Origin: Basidiobolus meristosporus CBS 931.73
Taxonomy: Eukaryota; Fungi; Basidiobolomycota
Assembly (NCBI GenBank): GCA_002104905.1
Contig: MCFE01000180.1
Span: forward strand, 77,691-141,690
DNA length: 64,000 bases
Reading direction: 5' to 3'
Below the pieces are notes generated by a model. That model was not told where the DNA came from, made no database searches, and saw only the letters and a program-made list of their open reading frames with translations. The position numbers and the translations under genes were made by a program. Each line of letters opens with the position of its first letter. Position 1 is the first letter of the stretch. Positions 29,595 to 43,393 of this stretch are shown here, piece by piece.

Positions 29595-29943
29595 TGTTGT
29601 AAGAGTCTTGGAGATATTGGAAGTGATTTGGAGAACAAGTAGATTATGTGGTTTTCACTTAATGATTTATTGAATGTAAAAGTAGTATTTATACTTTTAC
29701 ATGGTCTTGGCATTACAAACATGTAGAATAGGTTAAGGAAGGTCCCAAGAGCATGTGTGCAAAGTTTGGGGCTGTTTGGACAACTTTGAGAATTTTCATG
29801 TTCTGGGTACCTGGTATTTGGTGAAAATATTCAAAGTAAATCCCAACAAGGAATTTGGTCAGTATTCTCTAGGATTTGAAGGTGATGATCTAAGTGACTA
29901 AGTTAGGTGAATATTTAGGTGGAAAATACGAATTTTTACAACA
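29595..29943 (-). repeat. 5' LTR of copia
   Basis: Same sequence as the 3' LTR except two transitions seen. Confidence 0.97.
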
Positions 29944-30434
29944 ATATCCAAAGCTCACATATGCTGGATGACCTAAATCTGGTCCATTTCCTTTTAGGTG
30001 TTGCTTGGAGTAATATTACAAAATTCTTGGTATACAGATGCATGAGATTTCTTGGGGTTGTCCAAAGTGAAGTCATTGTAATCATAACTTGTAACTTCTC
30101 TGCCAGGCCTTCCTTGGAGCACTATCATCAATATGTCAGGCATACAGAACAAGAAAGTGTGGTACATTTTCAAAAGCCCCAAGCCTTGCACACATATTCT
30201 TAGAGCCTCTCTAAGCATATTATATGTGCGTTTTTGCCAAGGTCATATAGAGGTATATATACTACTCTTACATTAAATCAATCACTGAGTGAAAAACATA
30301 AAATCAACTGATTCTCCCAATCACTTCCAATATCTACAGGACTTTTAAAACAGGCTATGAGCACCAAGCTGTCACCATCTGGAACATCACTACAGCTACT
30401 ACAAGAGCTCTTTGCTCTAAGAGTTCTGATATTT

Positions 30435-30762
30435 ATTTGATGTAATTGGGAGAACAAGTAGATTATGTGGTTTTCACTTAATGATTTACTGAATGTAAAA
30501 GTAGTATTGCTACTTTCACATGATCTTGGCATAGCAAACACACAGAATAGGTTTAGGAAGGTCCTAAGAGCATGTGTGCAAAGTTCAGGGCTGTTTGAAT
30601 AACTTTGAGAATTTTCATGTTCTGGGTACCTGATATTTTGGTGAAAATATTCCAAGTAAATCCCAACAAGGAACTTGTTCAGTACTCCCTAGAATTTGAA
30701 GGTAATGATCCAAGTGAGTAAGTTGGGTGAATATTTAGGTGGAATTACAAATCTTTACAACA
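30435..30762 (-). repeat. Copia LTR remnant
   Basis: Homologous to 25260-25608 and ends tttacaaca. A short opposite-orientation LTR end with PBS lies at ~30265-30360. Confidence 0.85.
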
Positions 30763-30789
30763 TACTTTCCTATGCTTAAGAGCTGGACT

Positions 30790-33450
30790 GATTGAGCCAT
30801 TTAGTGTGGAAGTTGAAGATAAAGATGCTGCTACTGGAAAGAGGCTTCTGGGATATTGATATAGGCAAAGTAGCCTTTAGGTACCAGAAGAAAAAACATA
30901 GTACCTTTAACTGCATTTGCTTTAATGCTGCCCACAAATCACTAATTCAATACTCAAGAGCATAAGCAACAAAGAATGTCTGGATGACATTAGAAGTCAC
31001 CTACTGGCCATGTTAGGCTGCTGAGTAAACATCTTATACACAAACACTATATATTATCAAGATTCAATTAGGAGTAGAAAAGAAAAACCTAATCTACAGA
31101 ACTACCTGCTGGTTTGGGAGATGGAATTAGTGTGCATACAGGCTATGGATGAAGGTCTGATATATATACCCTCCTGAATAGCCTCACAGTCAAGATTCAG
31201 GGCCTTGCATCAGCCCAAGAGACTAGAACTGAAGATTTGATCTTTGATCTTGTACACAGAGAGCTGCTGGATGAAGTTAAGGACATCAAGTAACAATAAG
31301 AAGGTGAATGAAAATGCTTTATCAGGCTGTAATAACCACCAGAAAAGGTACCCAACACCTTTCAAAGGAAACAGCACCTTAGCCATAGCTAATGCATACA
31401 GAAAGCATAAACATCACACTAGTGCTTTAAATACAGAGATATTAGCAGAAAAAGTCTAAACAAAGTAATGCTGCACCTACCAAAGATTGATTATTCATAT
31501 CAGCACTCAAAACTACCACAAACAAGCCCTAAGAAAAAAAACTAAGAAAATGCAGGCATAATACCATCATAATATCAGCTGAATTCCAAGTTTTTCAAAG
31601 CAGATAGTTCTCAATATCTCAAATACTACTTGGGCACTCAAGCAGAAATATTTCCCAGGAGGAGACTAAGCCATGTAGCATTTATGCCAAACTTGGTAAT
31701 TAGCAGACCACTGCTTCCATCAACAATGGCAACCAAAAATCTGAACAAAAACCACCAGCTGAATACTGGCAAAATAGCATTAAAATACCAGCAGAAGACC
31801 GGCAAAATATACAGATAAACCCCTGAGGTAATGAGGAAAGCCACTTTCATGCATTGAAGAAGTACTTTAGGTTCTTGAAATAGCCAAGAGCCAATTATCT
31901 GAAACCAAGGACACAGCAGAATGATCCAAGCTCAGTTTTGGCAATTCTGGATGCAGGATTACTAGTCAAAAGGGGTGTCCAAATTGCTTCTGGTATCAGT
32001 GATCAGAATCTCTGATATCTAATTTATACTCCACATATCTGGAGGCCAACATAGATGACTTGATTGAGGAACCACTAATGCCTTGGCACAGGAGATTTGC
32101 AACAAATCATCATTGATTATGAGCAAAATTATCAAATATTAAAAAATTTCTTAAGTAAATTATTGATCCTCTGCAAATTTGGAGCACTGAGAACAATGTT
32201 TATATGAGTAATGAGCCAGAGAGCTATTTGGGAGTGTTGGGTTAATTAGTACAACAAAAAGATCAAATATCATAAATCAAATCTTTGTGGAGCTTTGCAA
32301 AACTCATCTGTTGTGGAAAGAAATATATGATAGCATCTATTGATAAGTATACAAAGTAAACACAGTTATACTTCATGGAGAGAAAGAAGCAAGTACTGTT
32401 TAATCTCAGGGAACTCAAAGCCATAGTGGCAAGAATATTGGTGCAAAAATCAAGAAAATTTGCTTTGACAAAGGTGGTAAATATAACACAAAATGTTTCA
32501 TCCACTTCTTCAAGATTCCTAGGAAAAAGCAGCTAGCCACTGTGCTACACTGTACACATCAAGATGGAGTATTAGAATGTGTTAAGGGATCTATAACTTC
32601 TATGGCAAAAGCTGTGATCCTTGATCAATCAATATCCTACAATTTTTGAACAGGATCAGTGTCTAATGCTCTATATCCTAAAACAGCAGCTGCAGCAGAA
32701 TACTTGGGGATCCTATTCCATTTGAGGCATGGCATGGATATAAGCCAAATGCAGGGCACATCAGAATACATAATTGCATAGCATAAGTCCAAAAACCTCT
32801 TGGAAATTAGCCAAAAGTTGAGCCAAAAGTACAAAATGCATATTGTTGGGCTAATGTATGGATAGTGAGGTATTCAGACTTGGCAATACTGCAGCAAACA
32901 AGATGATCAAGTTCTAGGATGTGCTACTTGTGAGAATATAAAACTTTCACAAAAACAACTTCATCTGATGATAGAGATCAACCCTCAAGTCCTCCTACAG
33001 TATGGATTGAATTGGTGCCAAACAATGAGATTTTTTCACTTCAGGAAATCATACCACCACTGTACTGCCTGAGCTAGAGCACAAAAATATCCCAAAAGTG
33101 GTCAGTCCTGAATCACAAGGCTAAACCTTGAACCTGATCTCAAATGACCAAAACATTTATATCACTCAAGGTGCTAGCTTAGCTAATGCCTATTCAGTCC
33201 ATACTTCTATGCCCTATACTATCAAAGTGGCCTTAGATAGTCTTCAGACAAGGCTTTGGAGATCTGCAATGACTGTGGAATACCAGACTGTAATGGAAAA
33301 CCAGACTTGGGACTTAGTCATATGACTAGAATTACCCTGATCTGGTCTGCAAGCTCACAAGATATCCATACAGTCTTATTAATTGTCAAGACCAGGTAGT
33401 TGAAAGAAAGACTCTTATTAGGAATCTCTGAGTCTCCCAAGAAGTACTGC
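30790..33450 (+). mobile_element. Highly decayed copia gag/pol fragments, interrupted by a TIR-element fragment near 31527-31810
   Basis: Residual similarity to family gag, integrase and RT sequence (e.g. AYSVH..AMTVEYQTVMENQTWDLV). Confidence 0.75.
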
Positions 33451-33464
33451 TGATTACAATATCT

Positions 33465-34070
33465 CCCTATGAGAGATAATTTGGTCCTACTGGTGGATCT
33501 TACTCAGATCAACCATTAAGATTCTTCAATAAGGCCACGATAATGCCAGCAGCATGGAGCTTTAGGCCCTCTTCACAATCTTGTGGCTAGATAATGATGG
33601 TGTTTTAATGGTCTTCTGGCAAGACTTGCATGGCATTCTGACAGTCCTAATGCAGTCTGTGCTTATCTCAGTAGACCTAATCAGCCAAGGTATGCCATTA
33701 CCTTCTATGGAAAAAAGCTTGACAGTGTCTTGGCAGCCTTGATGTGGACTTTTCTTGGCATTATTATAGCAGTACAGTGGCCTTCAGCTAGTTTTATATA
33801 ATGCAACTGTGTCAATCTTTCAAATAGTATTTCATTTTTATCCCTCTAGTTGAGCCACTAGAGCAATGCATATATTCCACCATAAAATCACTTGTGTTTA
33901 CTTGCATACCCACTGCTACTATACGTATTACACAAATACCTCAAATCAAAGAAGCAATGGCCTCTTGCTCATAAACCTCTACATATGCACACACTGACTG
34001 CAACTAATGCACTACTGTCATCTCCACTTTATGGCTTTTCAGTGTGATACTTGCAAAGTTGTCATACACT
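33465..34070. mobile_element. Terminal fragment of the CCCTA-TIR DNA transposon
   Basis: ccctatgagagataatttggtcc matches the reverse complement of the 50529 terminus. The interior resembles 49950-50350. Confidence 0.6.
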
Positions 34071-34077
34071 TTGTATT

Positions 34078-34778
34078 TGTTGTAAAAGTTTGTAATTCCA
34101 CCTAAGTATTCACCAAGCATAGTTGCTTAGATCATTACCTACAAATCTTAGTGAATACTGACCATATTCCTCTTTGGGATTTACTTAAAATATTTTGACT
34201 ATAACATCAAGTACCTAGAACATGAAAATTTTCAGGGTTGTCCAAACAGCCTCAAACTTTCCCACATGCTTTTAGGACCTCACTGAACCTGTTCTACATG
34301 TTTGTTACACCAAGATCATGCAAAAGTATAAATACTACTTTTACATTCAATAAATCATTAAGTTAAAATTGTTGTAAAATTCAAAATTCCACCTAAATAT
34401 TCACCTAACTTAGTCACTTAGATCATTACCTTCAAATCCTAGAGAATAATGCCCAAATTCCTTGTCAGGATTTACTTAGAATGTTTTCACCAAAATATCA
34501 GGTACCCAAAAGATGAGAATTCTCAATGTTGTTCAAACAGCCCCAACCTTTGCAGTCATGTTCTTGGGACCTTCCTAAACCTATTCTATGTGTTTTTTAT
34601 GCCAAGACCAGGTAAAAGTATAAATACTACTTTTACAATCAATAAATCATGAAGTGAAAGCCACATAATCTACTTGTCCTCCCAATCACTTGCAATATCT
34701 CTAAGACTCTTACAACAAAAACCACATAATCTACTTGTTCTCCCAATCACTTCCAGTATCTTCAAGACTCTTACAACA
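34078..34778 (+). repeat. Solo LTR (TSD GTATT) containing a second solo LTR at 34370-34717 (TSD AAAAT/AAAAC)
   Basis: Both LTRs have TG..CA ends. The outer LTR resumes at its break point. Confidence 0.9.
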
Positions 34779-36853
34779 GTATTGCAGGTAGCATATACAT
34801 CTTGCAAACATATGCTTAGTTGCTGCCACTTCTTCCATGAATACCTCCTGAATATCTGCAAAATACTTTTTGGTACTTGGCTAATATATTCCTTCTCCCT
34901 GCTGGATTCTAGTCCCCCTTATAGGTGCATTCTGGTTCTTGTTTGTGCAAATTCTGTATTGAACTGTTGTTTATTCACAAAGCAATTCAATATTTAAACC
35001 TATATAGAAGTGATACAGCTGTGACACTATGTAAGGTGTGCTCCCTAAAACTCAGGAACATACTATGACAGTTTCAGGTTAAGTCTGCAAATAAGACCTA
35101 CAATGGCAAAGACTAGTCTGGAATTGTTATGTATATTCTTAGCAGCAGAGTGATATCAAATGATACTGAATCTGTCCTTAGAACTTGTTGGGATATATTC
35201 TATCCCTTAGTTACAAGACCCTGAGGGTAATAAAGGTGACTTGGAGCACTAAAAGACTGGTACATTGTAAGCGTGTTATCTACACTGACTTGGCCACAGG
35301 GATCTTTGTTTACGCAGTTAATCATTTCCTGCCCATACCCCTTGTAGTGGTCTACGTTGGGAATTTCAATGCGGTGGAAACTGGACATTTCTGGTGAAAA
35401 TATTACACGTTGCTTAAAAGACCCTGAACTGTGTACGTGTGTTATTGGGATTTTCACATGCGGATTCTAGGCGTTTGTAAAAGAATCAGCGCTACCAATA
35501 GATTCCATAGATTGTTAATCGAACATCACATAATATACAGGTTCTCCCAATCACTCCCTATATCTCCGAAACCCCTCCAGCAACTTCAGGGAAGATCCCA
35601 GCAAGCCATGTACAAGACCTATGGTAATTTGGAAGAGTTCGAGAGCTTCGGTGATTTCTTGGACTTAGCTTCTTGCTAGGGTTTGACTGATTGGCTGGTG
35701 ACCTGGTTTGTATGAGATTAGCCAGGTAGCAACAAAAGATGCCGGGGTAATCATCAAAGTTGACAGCCAGTTGGGGACGCTGGGGGTCCGGTTGCTCCCT
35801 GAACGTAGCTGAATCCCTAATTTAACAATTCCCGCTTTTGTTGGGTATTTCCATGGATGAGCACTCACTTACTATGCACCATATAACGGACCACGCGGAA
35901 CACGGCCAACCAAGCTTGTGGTGGTGACTATTAAGGGGGATTGGTGACGTCCATGATATCACCTTGAGCGCACGAACAGTTGGTCCAAAGGTCGCAACAA
36001 GTGGTACATGGTCCATCGCAGCATATCCCAGGGAGGTGCAGGCTCCAATTTGTCGCCGTTCACAAGAAGCGATGGTTGGGGCGGGCGGGTGAGACACCTG
36101 CGCCGCAACGATTTGTTCGCCAACAGTAACTTGGCTGTAATGTTTCGCCTGGAACAGCGTGGCTGGCGAGTCAATTTGGGTAACATCCGGAGGATCTGAT
36201 TGCAGGAATGGGCAGGTAATCTGATCAACCCCATTCTTGGTGGGAAATCGTCTGGTTCAGTAAATCCAACTCAATCCAGAGATGCATGCCTTTAGACATC
36301 AGTCAAATACACCAAGCGCAAGCCGCGCTCAGCAAGGCAGGTTTTGGGCTACAGCCATTACTTAGCTTACTCCGACACCCTGAATTGGTGTTGATGCTGA
36401 GGCAGGCAATCTTACACTTGGCCTTGAGTACTTCGACTGCAACATCGTGTGGTGGCCTTGGGACATCGCGATGCCAGTGGGTCCGTAGTCAATCAACCTT
36501 CACATGGCCAGCCAATCAACTCACTCCATCATTTATCAGTGGATAGTTTATTTCCAAATACAGACTTCCATTTGGATCTCCCGACCTAGCATCCTAACCG
36601 GGCGATACTGAACAATGATTCGCCAGCAATGTCTCCCACGGAGCGAAGAGAAGCTGCAAATCTTCATGATATGAGACGATTGCTCGAAGCAAGGTACACT
36701 AGCGACGGGGGTGGCGCTTTATTCGTTGTTGGGAAGGCAATACAAACCTTTATGTACAATGTGAATAAATACTGGTCCTCCTGGATGGCCACAACTGACG
36801 GTTTGGTAACACGGAGTGGACCTTCCAGCAGCAAATCAGCGTGGACAGGGTGT

Positions 36854-37841
36854 TTAATACTGATTCGGTAGAGTCCAAGCGGTTGAGTTGTCTTCCCTAA
36901 CGATTGGAGTGATCCTCAGCTCCGATTGAAGTTTTTCCAGATGCAGTTGGACCATTCTCTTGCCTAACAGCAACAGATCCATCGGCAGGCCTCGATACAT
37001 CTCTTTCGCAATGTCCGTCACCGTAACGTAGTTCTCTGATCGCGATGGGTCATTCAAAAGTTGCTGGAGTAGCTGAACCACCCGCGCTTCCCGGAACTGA
37101 AGGTTCTTTATGTACATGTCCAGCACTTCCACTGGCCGATTTACTACGTCTCCGTGTCCAGGATAGATTCTTACTGCGTTCAGAGTCTTCATACGACGTA
37201 GGCTCTGCATATAGTCCACCAGGTTTTCGCAAACGCTGGTTCCGTGGCCCAGGACGTTGTCCCCCGAAAACATGGCGCTTTCTTCTTTCAGGTAGAAGAC
37301 CATGTGATCCTCGGCATGGCCAGGCGTGTGGTATGCGGTAAGGGTGGCTCCTTCAACCGAAAACACCTGGCCATCCACGATGTTGTTATAGGTCAAATTC
37401 GCCGAGTCTCTGTTAGGCGCGATCCGCTTGTGCAGTGGGACTGGGCCATTCCCCCTTTCCTGGCATAATTCCTGCACACTGGGGATTCCATCCACGTGGT
37501 CGTGGTGCCAGTGGGTGATGAGTATTCCCGAGATACATATATCCTTGGCCGCTTTCAGCGCCAACTTCAACGATTCGATATACTCGGGTTTCCCCTCACC
37601 AGTGTCGATCAACAGCCTCTCCCTGCCCGTGCCCACCAGATATGTGTTCGTTCCTAATATAGAAGGGTGTATCCATTAGGAGCGTGAACAAAAAGGGGAT
37701 GGGACGTTGCCACGCGGGTGACGGCGATGTGTCCCTTGGATCGATAGATGTACCTTGAAGAGTAAATTTCCCCGGGTTGCTGCCCAAAACGCGAGTTACC
37801 CGCTGACTCAGATTCGAAAGCGCCGGCAAAGAAATCTCCAT
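36854..37841 (-). CDS. LACTB2: LACTB2-like metallo-beta-lactamase-fold endoribonuclease (1 intron)
   Basis: RVLGSNPGKFTLQG|TNTYLVG..LIDTGEG, THWHHDH, HTPGHAEDH, FSGDNVLG, YPGHG and a C-terminal winged-helix-like region. Confidence 0.88.
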
Positions 37842-39166
37842 AGGTATCCAAAGAACTAGCGAACAAGCAACGAAGGAGGTTGATTGGGGAGTGACTTGGA
37901 ATTTATTGTCTCATGAACAGGGGTACATCCGATCATGGCTCATCGAGATCAGTCATTCAGGGGTGGCGGTGCTTGGTTGTGCATCGAAGGGTCGGAATTT
38001 AATGGTAGCCAAAGTTTACGGGGTACATGGGGATACATGTCCAATCGAATAAGGCTCTAGTCATCAGGAAGGCACAACAGCTGCTTAGGGCTGGTGCATA
38101 TGGGCGATGGTAAAGTAAGTGAACGCAACCAGGATGGGTTTCCCGGCCGCTGTCAGTCTCCGGAATAAATCTTGTTGCACATGCCATGAGGGAATTTTGT
38201 AGCGGTTGACGTTATCACGCTCCTCTAGAAACATGATCACCGGCTAGGTGGGTTTGTTGGGTATAGGCTAGGCGTTACAAGTTGATTGCAAATTGCTAAT
38301 CGCATGATGTACCGTTAAAATGCTAACCCCGCCAGTGGCTTGGGCATAAGACCTCGGTAGATGTTTACACCTCAACAGGCCAACGAGCATTGGCGATGCA
38401 GCAGTAGTCATCCATCTTAGTGGTGGAACTATGTCCATTAGTTTAACGAGTTCGGTTCTGTTCCAGCAGGAGCGATCCTCTATATTATCGTACGTCTCAG
38501 TGAGGGTTCGAAGCATTATGGAAGCATGCCAACTGTGCTCCGGTTCTCTGCCGTTAGCGCATGACAGGCCAATCGAATATGATCATCGAGGCAACTGCGG
38601 CTTGGAATCATCCCCATCCAGGTACCTGACGGTCAGTATGTACGCGCAATGCTCGCAATCTCGATTGCTGGTAATTCCACCCAATACTTGCATGCTGATC
38701 CATTGAGGGTGCTAGAGTGTCCATCGATTAAACATGGTTTTCTGAAATGGAGCCTGACTAGTGAATGATTTGCGCGCTCAACGGCATGGAGTAGAGCTGA
38801 TGTCATGGTTTGGAAGGTTTCATGAGCCAGTTGGCCCGCCAAGAGGGGAATTCCTTAATTCGCCAATACCTTGTTGGCCTGACCAGCAGATGGAGGGCAT
38901 GATTTTGGAGCAAGTACTCGACTGTTTCCATCAATCAGGGTCCTCAACGATTGGCCACCAAGCGGGGTGGGATCTACGAGGCGTAGGAATGGTGCCATGA
39001 TGGAGATCTACTGTCTGGCCAGACCTTCTATTTGATCACATGGGATGGAACTGTGTGGTACCAGCAGACCTTACTGGCATTAAACTTAGCTCACGTCTGG
39101 TCACTATATAAGTCCAGCCTAGCTTGCCATTGTACTTACAAGTGGGCCCGACGCAACTGATCTCTC

Positions 39167-40090
39167 ATGCCTTTAAAATCATCTACACCTGAAGCACAGC
39201 CTCTTGCTCCTGCGGCTCGGACTACCCAGCCGGCAACACACGTGACGTTCAAGTCTTTTGCTAAAGAAATCCCAGTTGAGCCTGTCTCGGGATTCTACGG
39301 CGTTGCTTTGCAAACTCTAGGGAGTATCTTCGGGGCACTTGGCTCTATTCCCGGGTGTTTCTGCTGCCCAAATCCCAACAAGGAAGTGGACCAAGGGTAT
39401 GTTGGCTTGGTGTCGCGATTTGGCCGGGTTTATAAGTGCGTGGACCCAGGCCTTACCGCCGTAAACGTCTTCACCGAAAGACTCCACACCGTGGATATCA
39501 AACTGCAAATCGCCCTGATCGAGGACATCCGCATCATGACGAAGGATAATGTGAACATCAAGATAGACTCCGTCGTTTACTATCACGTGGTAGATCCCTA
39601 TCAATCGTTGTTTGGGGTGACCAATGTCCGTCAAGCTCTCATGGAGCGCACACAAACCACCCTCAGGGGAGTTCTCGGGACTCGAGTGTTGCAGGATTGC
39701 ATCGAGAATCGAGAAACCATTGCGGATGATATTCGGGAGATGATCGACATCCCCGCCAGGGAATGGGGAGTTACCATTGAGTCGATATTGATCAAAGACC
39801 TCGAGTTTTCTAAGGAGCTACAGAAATCCCTCTCCAGCGCGGCCACCCAAAAGAGGATTGGCGAGTCCAAGGTTATCTCGGCCCAGGCTGAGGTGGATTC
39901 GGCAAAATTGATGCGTGAGGCGGCCGAGATTCTCAACACGCCTGCGGCCATGCAAATACGGTATCTGGAGACCCTCAGCTCGATGAGCAAGAATACCGGA
40001 ACCAAAGTGATATTCATGCCGCTGGAACATAATGCTGGCAGTAATTTGATCCACAAGGCAGTACCTCAGAACCAGTTGTCTGAGATGTAG
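39167..40090 (+). CDS. Stomatin / SPFH (band 7) family protein, intronless
   Basis: VDQGYVGLVSRFG, TKDNVNIKIDSVVYYHV, ERTQTTLRGVLG, AMQIRYLETL. Confidence 0.95.
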   Translation: MPLKSSTPEAQPLAPAARTTQPATHVTFKSFAKEIPVEPVSGFYGVALQTLGSIFGALGSIPGCFCCPNPNKEVDQGYVGLVSRFGRVYKCVDPGLTAVNVFTERLHTVDIKLQIALIEDIRIMTKDNVNIKIDSVVYYHVVDPYQSLFGVTNVRQALMERTQTTLRGVLGTRVLQDCIENRETIADDIREMIDIPAREWGVTIESILIKDLEFSKELQKSLSSAATQKRIGESKVISAQAEVDSAKLMREAAEILNTPAAMQIRYLETLSSMSKNTGTKVIFMPLEHNAGSNLIHKAVPQNQLSEM

Positions 40091-41246
40091 ACATACGAAT
40101 CTGGGGATTTTGTCGTTCGGAAATGAGATCCGTTTTTGTCTGGTTACCGTTAACCCGATGTAAATTACATTTAGCTGAATCGTAAGCCTTGTATAGCTGC
40201 AGTTGGCTTCATTGGCACCCTCTCTCAACAAGCAATGGTTGGGTGCAAGTCTAATAAAGTTGGTAAGCGTGTTTCCTACTTGAGAGGAGAGGAAGCGGTC
40301 CTAACATATTATCGCAATTGTCTTGGCTTTACTTGGCTGAATAGTCAGATTTGCAGATGCAGGGCTTAGCCACCTAACACCGCAATATCTGACTGGAGTT
40401 GAAACTGAGGAGGCCCTTTAAAGAGACCAGAGTTGTGCTAATGCAACAGTAATACTGGAAAGAGCGAGAAGATAGAGAAGCCAGGAGTCCGACCTCCTCG
40501 TTTTGCCAACGCCTTACACTATGTACCCCCACGGTTCGATTGCATCAACAATGGGCTGTCAATTTCATTCCTCCTTGTGTTAGTCGCATGAATTAGGGTA
40601 AATTACAAAGATTGTACAATAAGGAAATTAGATTCGCTGCTCTGACCTGTTTGGAAGCCAAGCGGAACAGTTGGTGGGGGATGAAAGTTAAATCAGGATA
40701 ATCGGTGCTGACGCTTACTATACATGGTGAACGGCTCGATAACCAGGAAATCAGGCAAAATGGCTTGGTAGCTGGACGTCACCAATCCCATTTTTCGCCA
40801 TGAGTTCGAGAAATGGCTATTCTGAAAGGGCAAACACAATCGAGGTTGAAATGGTATCGACAGCATGTTTCCAACCAGACGGCTCATCAGTTGTTCCTCC
40901 TTGGATAAACTTCTTTTATGTACTCACGGTTACCTCTCCGATGAGCATGCAGACCACAAGATGTCATGACGCTATCTATATCTAATTGTGATCCGGGCTT
41001 CATACCGATAAGGCGTACACGGGTCGCAGGCTATCTTATCCCATTAGGTAGGGAAGTCATCTACACGATCTTAATGAGATATAGTAGGCTTAGTGCACCT
41101 CTGATGCCGAGATTCAAGGATATATACGTGCGCGCTTTTGGTTATATGAACGGCTTGCAAATATGCCAATGTGGCGTTCTCATCTCTTTGAACCCATGCA
41201 TATATAAGCTAGGCAGTTGCTTCGATGAGAGTACCAACTGTTCGCA

Positions 41247-42805
41247 ATGCGCCACTTCCGCAACGGTACTCTAGTTCTATTCAGTCTGGCGGTGACCCTG
41301 GGGGAGACACTGGCCTCAAATAGTACTGCTGCCTATGATCCAACAAAAGATTACTTCCCGGTGAAAGTTAAATGTATGAGCCAGCTTCCAGACATCCATC
41401 AGAAGCCTCATGCCAATAAGGAATAGGCCACTTGTTTAATATCCATCAACGACTAACTGGGATTTTTTGTAGTCGAGAGCCAAGCCTTTGCCAAGTTCAA
41501 CATAACATACCATAACAGCTGGATCTTTCTTCAGTATCCAAACCGAGAACGTCGCAACTACGTTCTATACCAGCATGGGACGCCTAAACCTCAGCATCTA
41601 GACCCAACCGATATACCTATAGAGATTCCTCTTGGAAACGTCAACATTGAATATTCCTCTGCTACAAGTTTTCTTGAGGTATGAAACTCGCACTACTGAC
41701 CCCTTGAAATTGGCCTAACACTGAGTTGGCGCAGATGCTTGGCCTGCGTGATCACATTATCAATGTAAAACCCGTGTCGATTTCCCCGGCTTGCCTCGAT
41801 AGCAAGAACTTCACCTATGGGACCCAGAATGCTACCTTTACTCCAAAGCGTACTATTAGGGGGCCATATGTTATCAACATTGAAGCGATGCCCGGATTGA
41901 AGCCATTAGTCAAATTGGAGCTGCTGAAGTTCTATGCACTCTTCTTCAACAAGGAAAAAGAAGCACACGACGTCATCAAAAAGATCGAAGACAACTACGA
42001 GTGCATCAAAAATCGGGTTGCCGCTGCGAAAGAAAAGTCCAAGCCAAAAGTGGCATGGATAACCACAGCCCGCAGTCCACGTTACGGTGTGATGTATTCC
42101 GAGTACATAAACAGCTACCTTAATAGCCTGTTGGAAGATGCTGATGCGCAACCGCTCTTTCCATACGAAGGAGACGACGAGTATAACGGGCCGACCTACT
42201 CACCAGCCTTCACCACGGCCAAGCTACGTGAGATAATTCGCTCGGCGGACATTCTAGTAGATATGACTGCCTACAGCTATGAAAATGCCACTTTCCCATC
42301 TGCCAGTGATGTTTTGAGGTATTACGGACTATCGGAAACGAATACAACGTTAAAATTCATCAAAAACAAAGCTATTTATCGGGTTGACAAACGTCAAACT
42401 AAATGGCATCGTAACGAATGGGATTTTGAGTCCCCTGTGATGCCCGATGCCGTTCTAGAGGATATGGCCAACATGGCGCATCCTGGCCTTCAAGAAAATT
42501 ACTCTTTTCACTGGATGCGCAATGTATTTGATCAGGACAAATTATCTAACCTGGTGGTGACGAACTGTCCCTTCCCAACTAAGCCACTGGAAAGCGTGGC
42601 GTACACATGCTCAGCCACCAACTTCTCCAGCATTGGCCATTCCAGTGCCAAGGATGCCCCCGGTATTAGCCCCTCCAGTACCAGCAACACCGCTGGAAAC
42701 CAAACATCCAGCCACGAGCCTAAAAGTCATAGTGGGTATGGGGGATCTACTCATACCGGTCCCTATGTGGGATTAGCTTTTATGCTGGCTTTGGCTTTAC
42801 TATAA
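41247..42805 (+). CDS. Secreted, putatively GPI-anchored periplasmic-binding-protein-like (Fe/B12 helical backbone) protein, 2 introns
   Basis: Signal-peptide-like start, YDPTKDYFPVK, ELLKFYALFFNKEKEA, PDAVLEDM, Ser/Thr-rich spacer and hydrophobic C-terminus. Confidence 0.7.
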
Positions 42806-43393
42806 ATACCTTCGACAAGCGCCCTGGACTCTATTGTCTGGTAGCTACTTTAGAACTCAACTACGCAGTATCTTACAATTCTCCTTGTTCACTCCATTGG
42901 TTTAGAGGAGTCACTGAAAATCACTGATGATCACCTTTTACAACTGGTACTTCAATTCGATATATTATGCTACTGGATAGTTCATACCCACATCTAAAAT
43001 AAATGCGTAGGGTCAAGTTTGATTTGGTACAGTGTATAGTCACTTCACTGGAGCGCCTGTGGTTTGCACCACTTATCCCCATCTGATAAAAAACGATTAT
43101 GATGCGCCATGCAGCGAGATGTGTGGAAATCACTATTCACAACACCTATCCACTCCTGGTGATAGAGCCTCGAAACTGGTTTTGATCGGTATTTGGTGGA
43201 TGTACAACATTTTGTCACATTGAAAGGACTGGGATTTCATTGGTCTTATGGGTCCAATGAGTCTCAAGGATCGCTTTAAGTATTGGTTATACAGCAGGTA
43301 ACAGGAAGAGGATATTTACTCAAGAATAATTAAGCTTAGATAAGTCCATATGGAAGTTTACTTTGTCACTCTATTTGTACATATAAGTATATA

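Larger units (their letters stand above)
25260..29943 (-). mobile_element. Full-length young Ty1/copia element
   Basis: Two 349-bp TG..CA LTRs, 5-bp TSD ATATC (25255-25259, 29944-29948), PBS, PPT (gctgagtgggag) and gag-PR-IN-RT-RH order. Confidence 0.98.

Noticed and set aside
29949-30218. Gypsy gag remnant hosting the copia insertion
   Set aside because: Weak resemblance only; too degraded to support.
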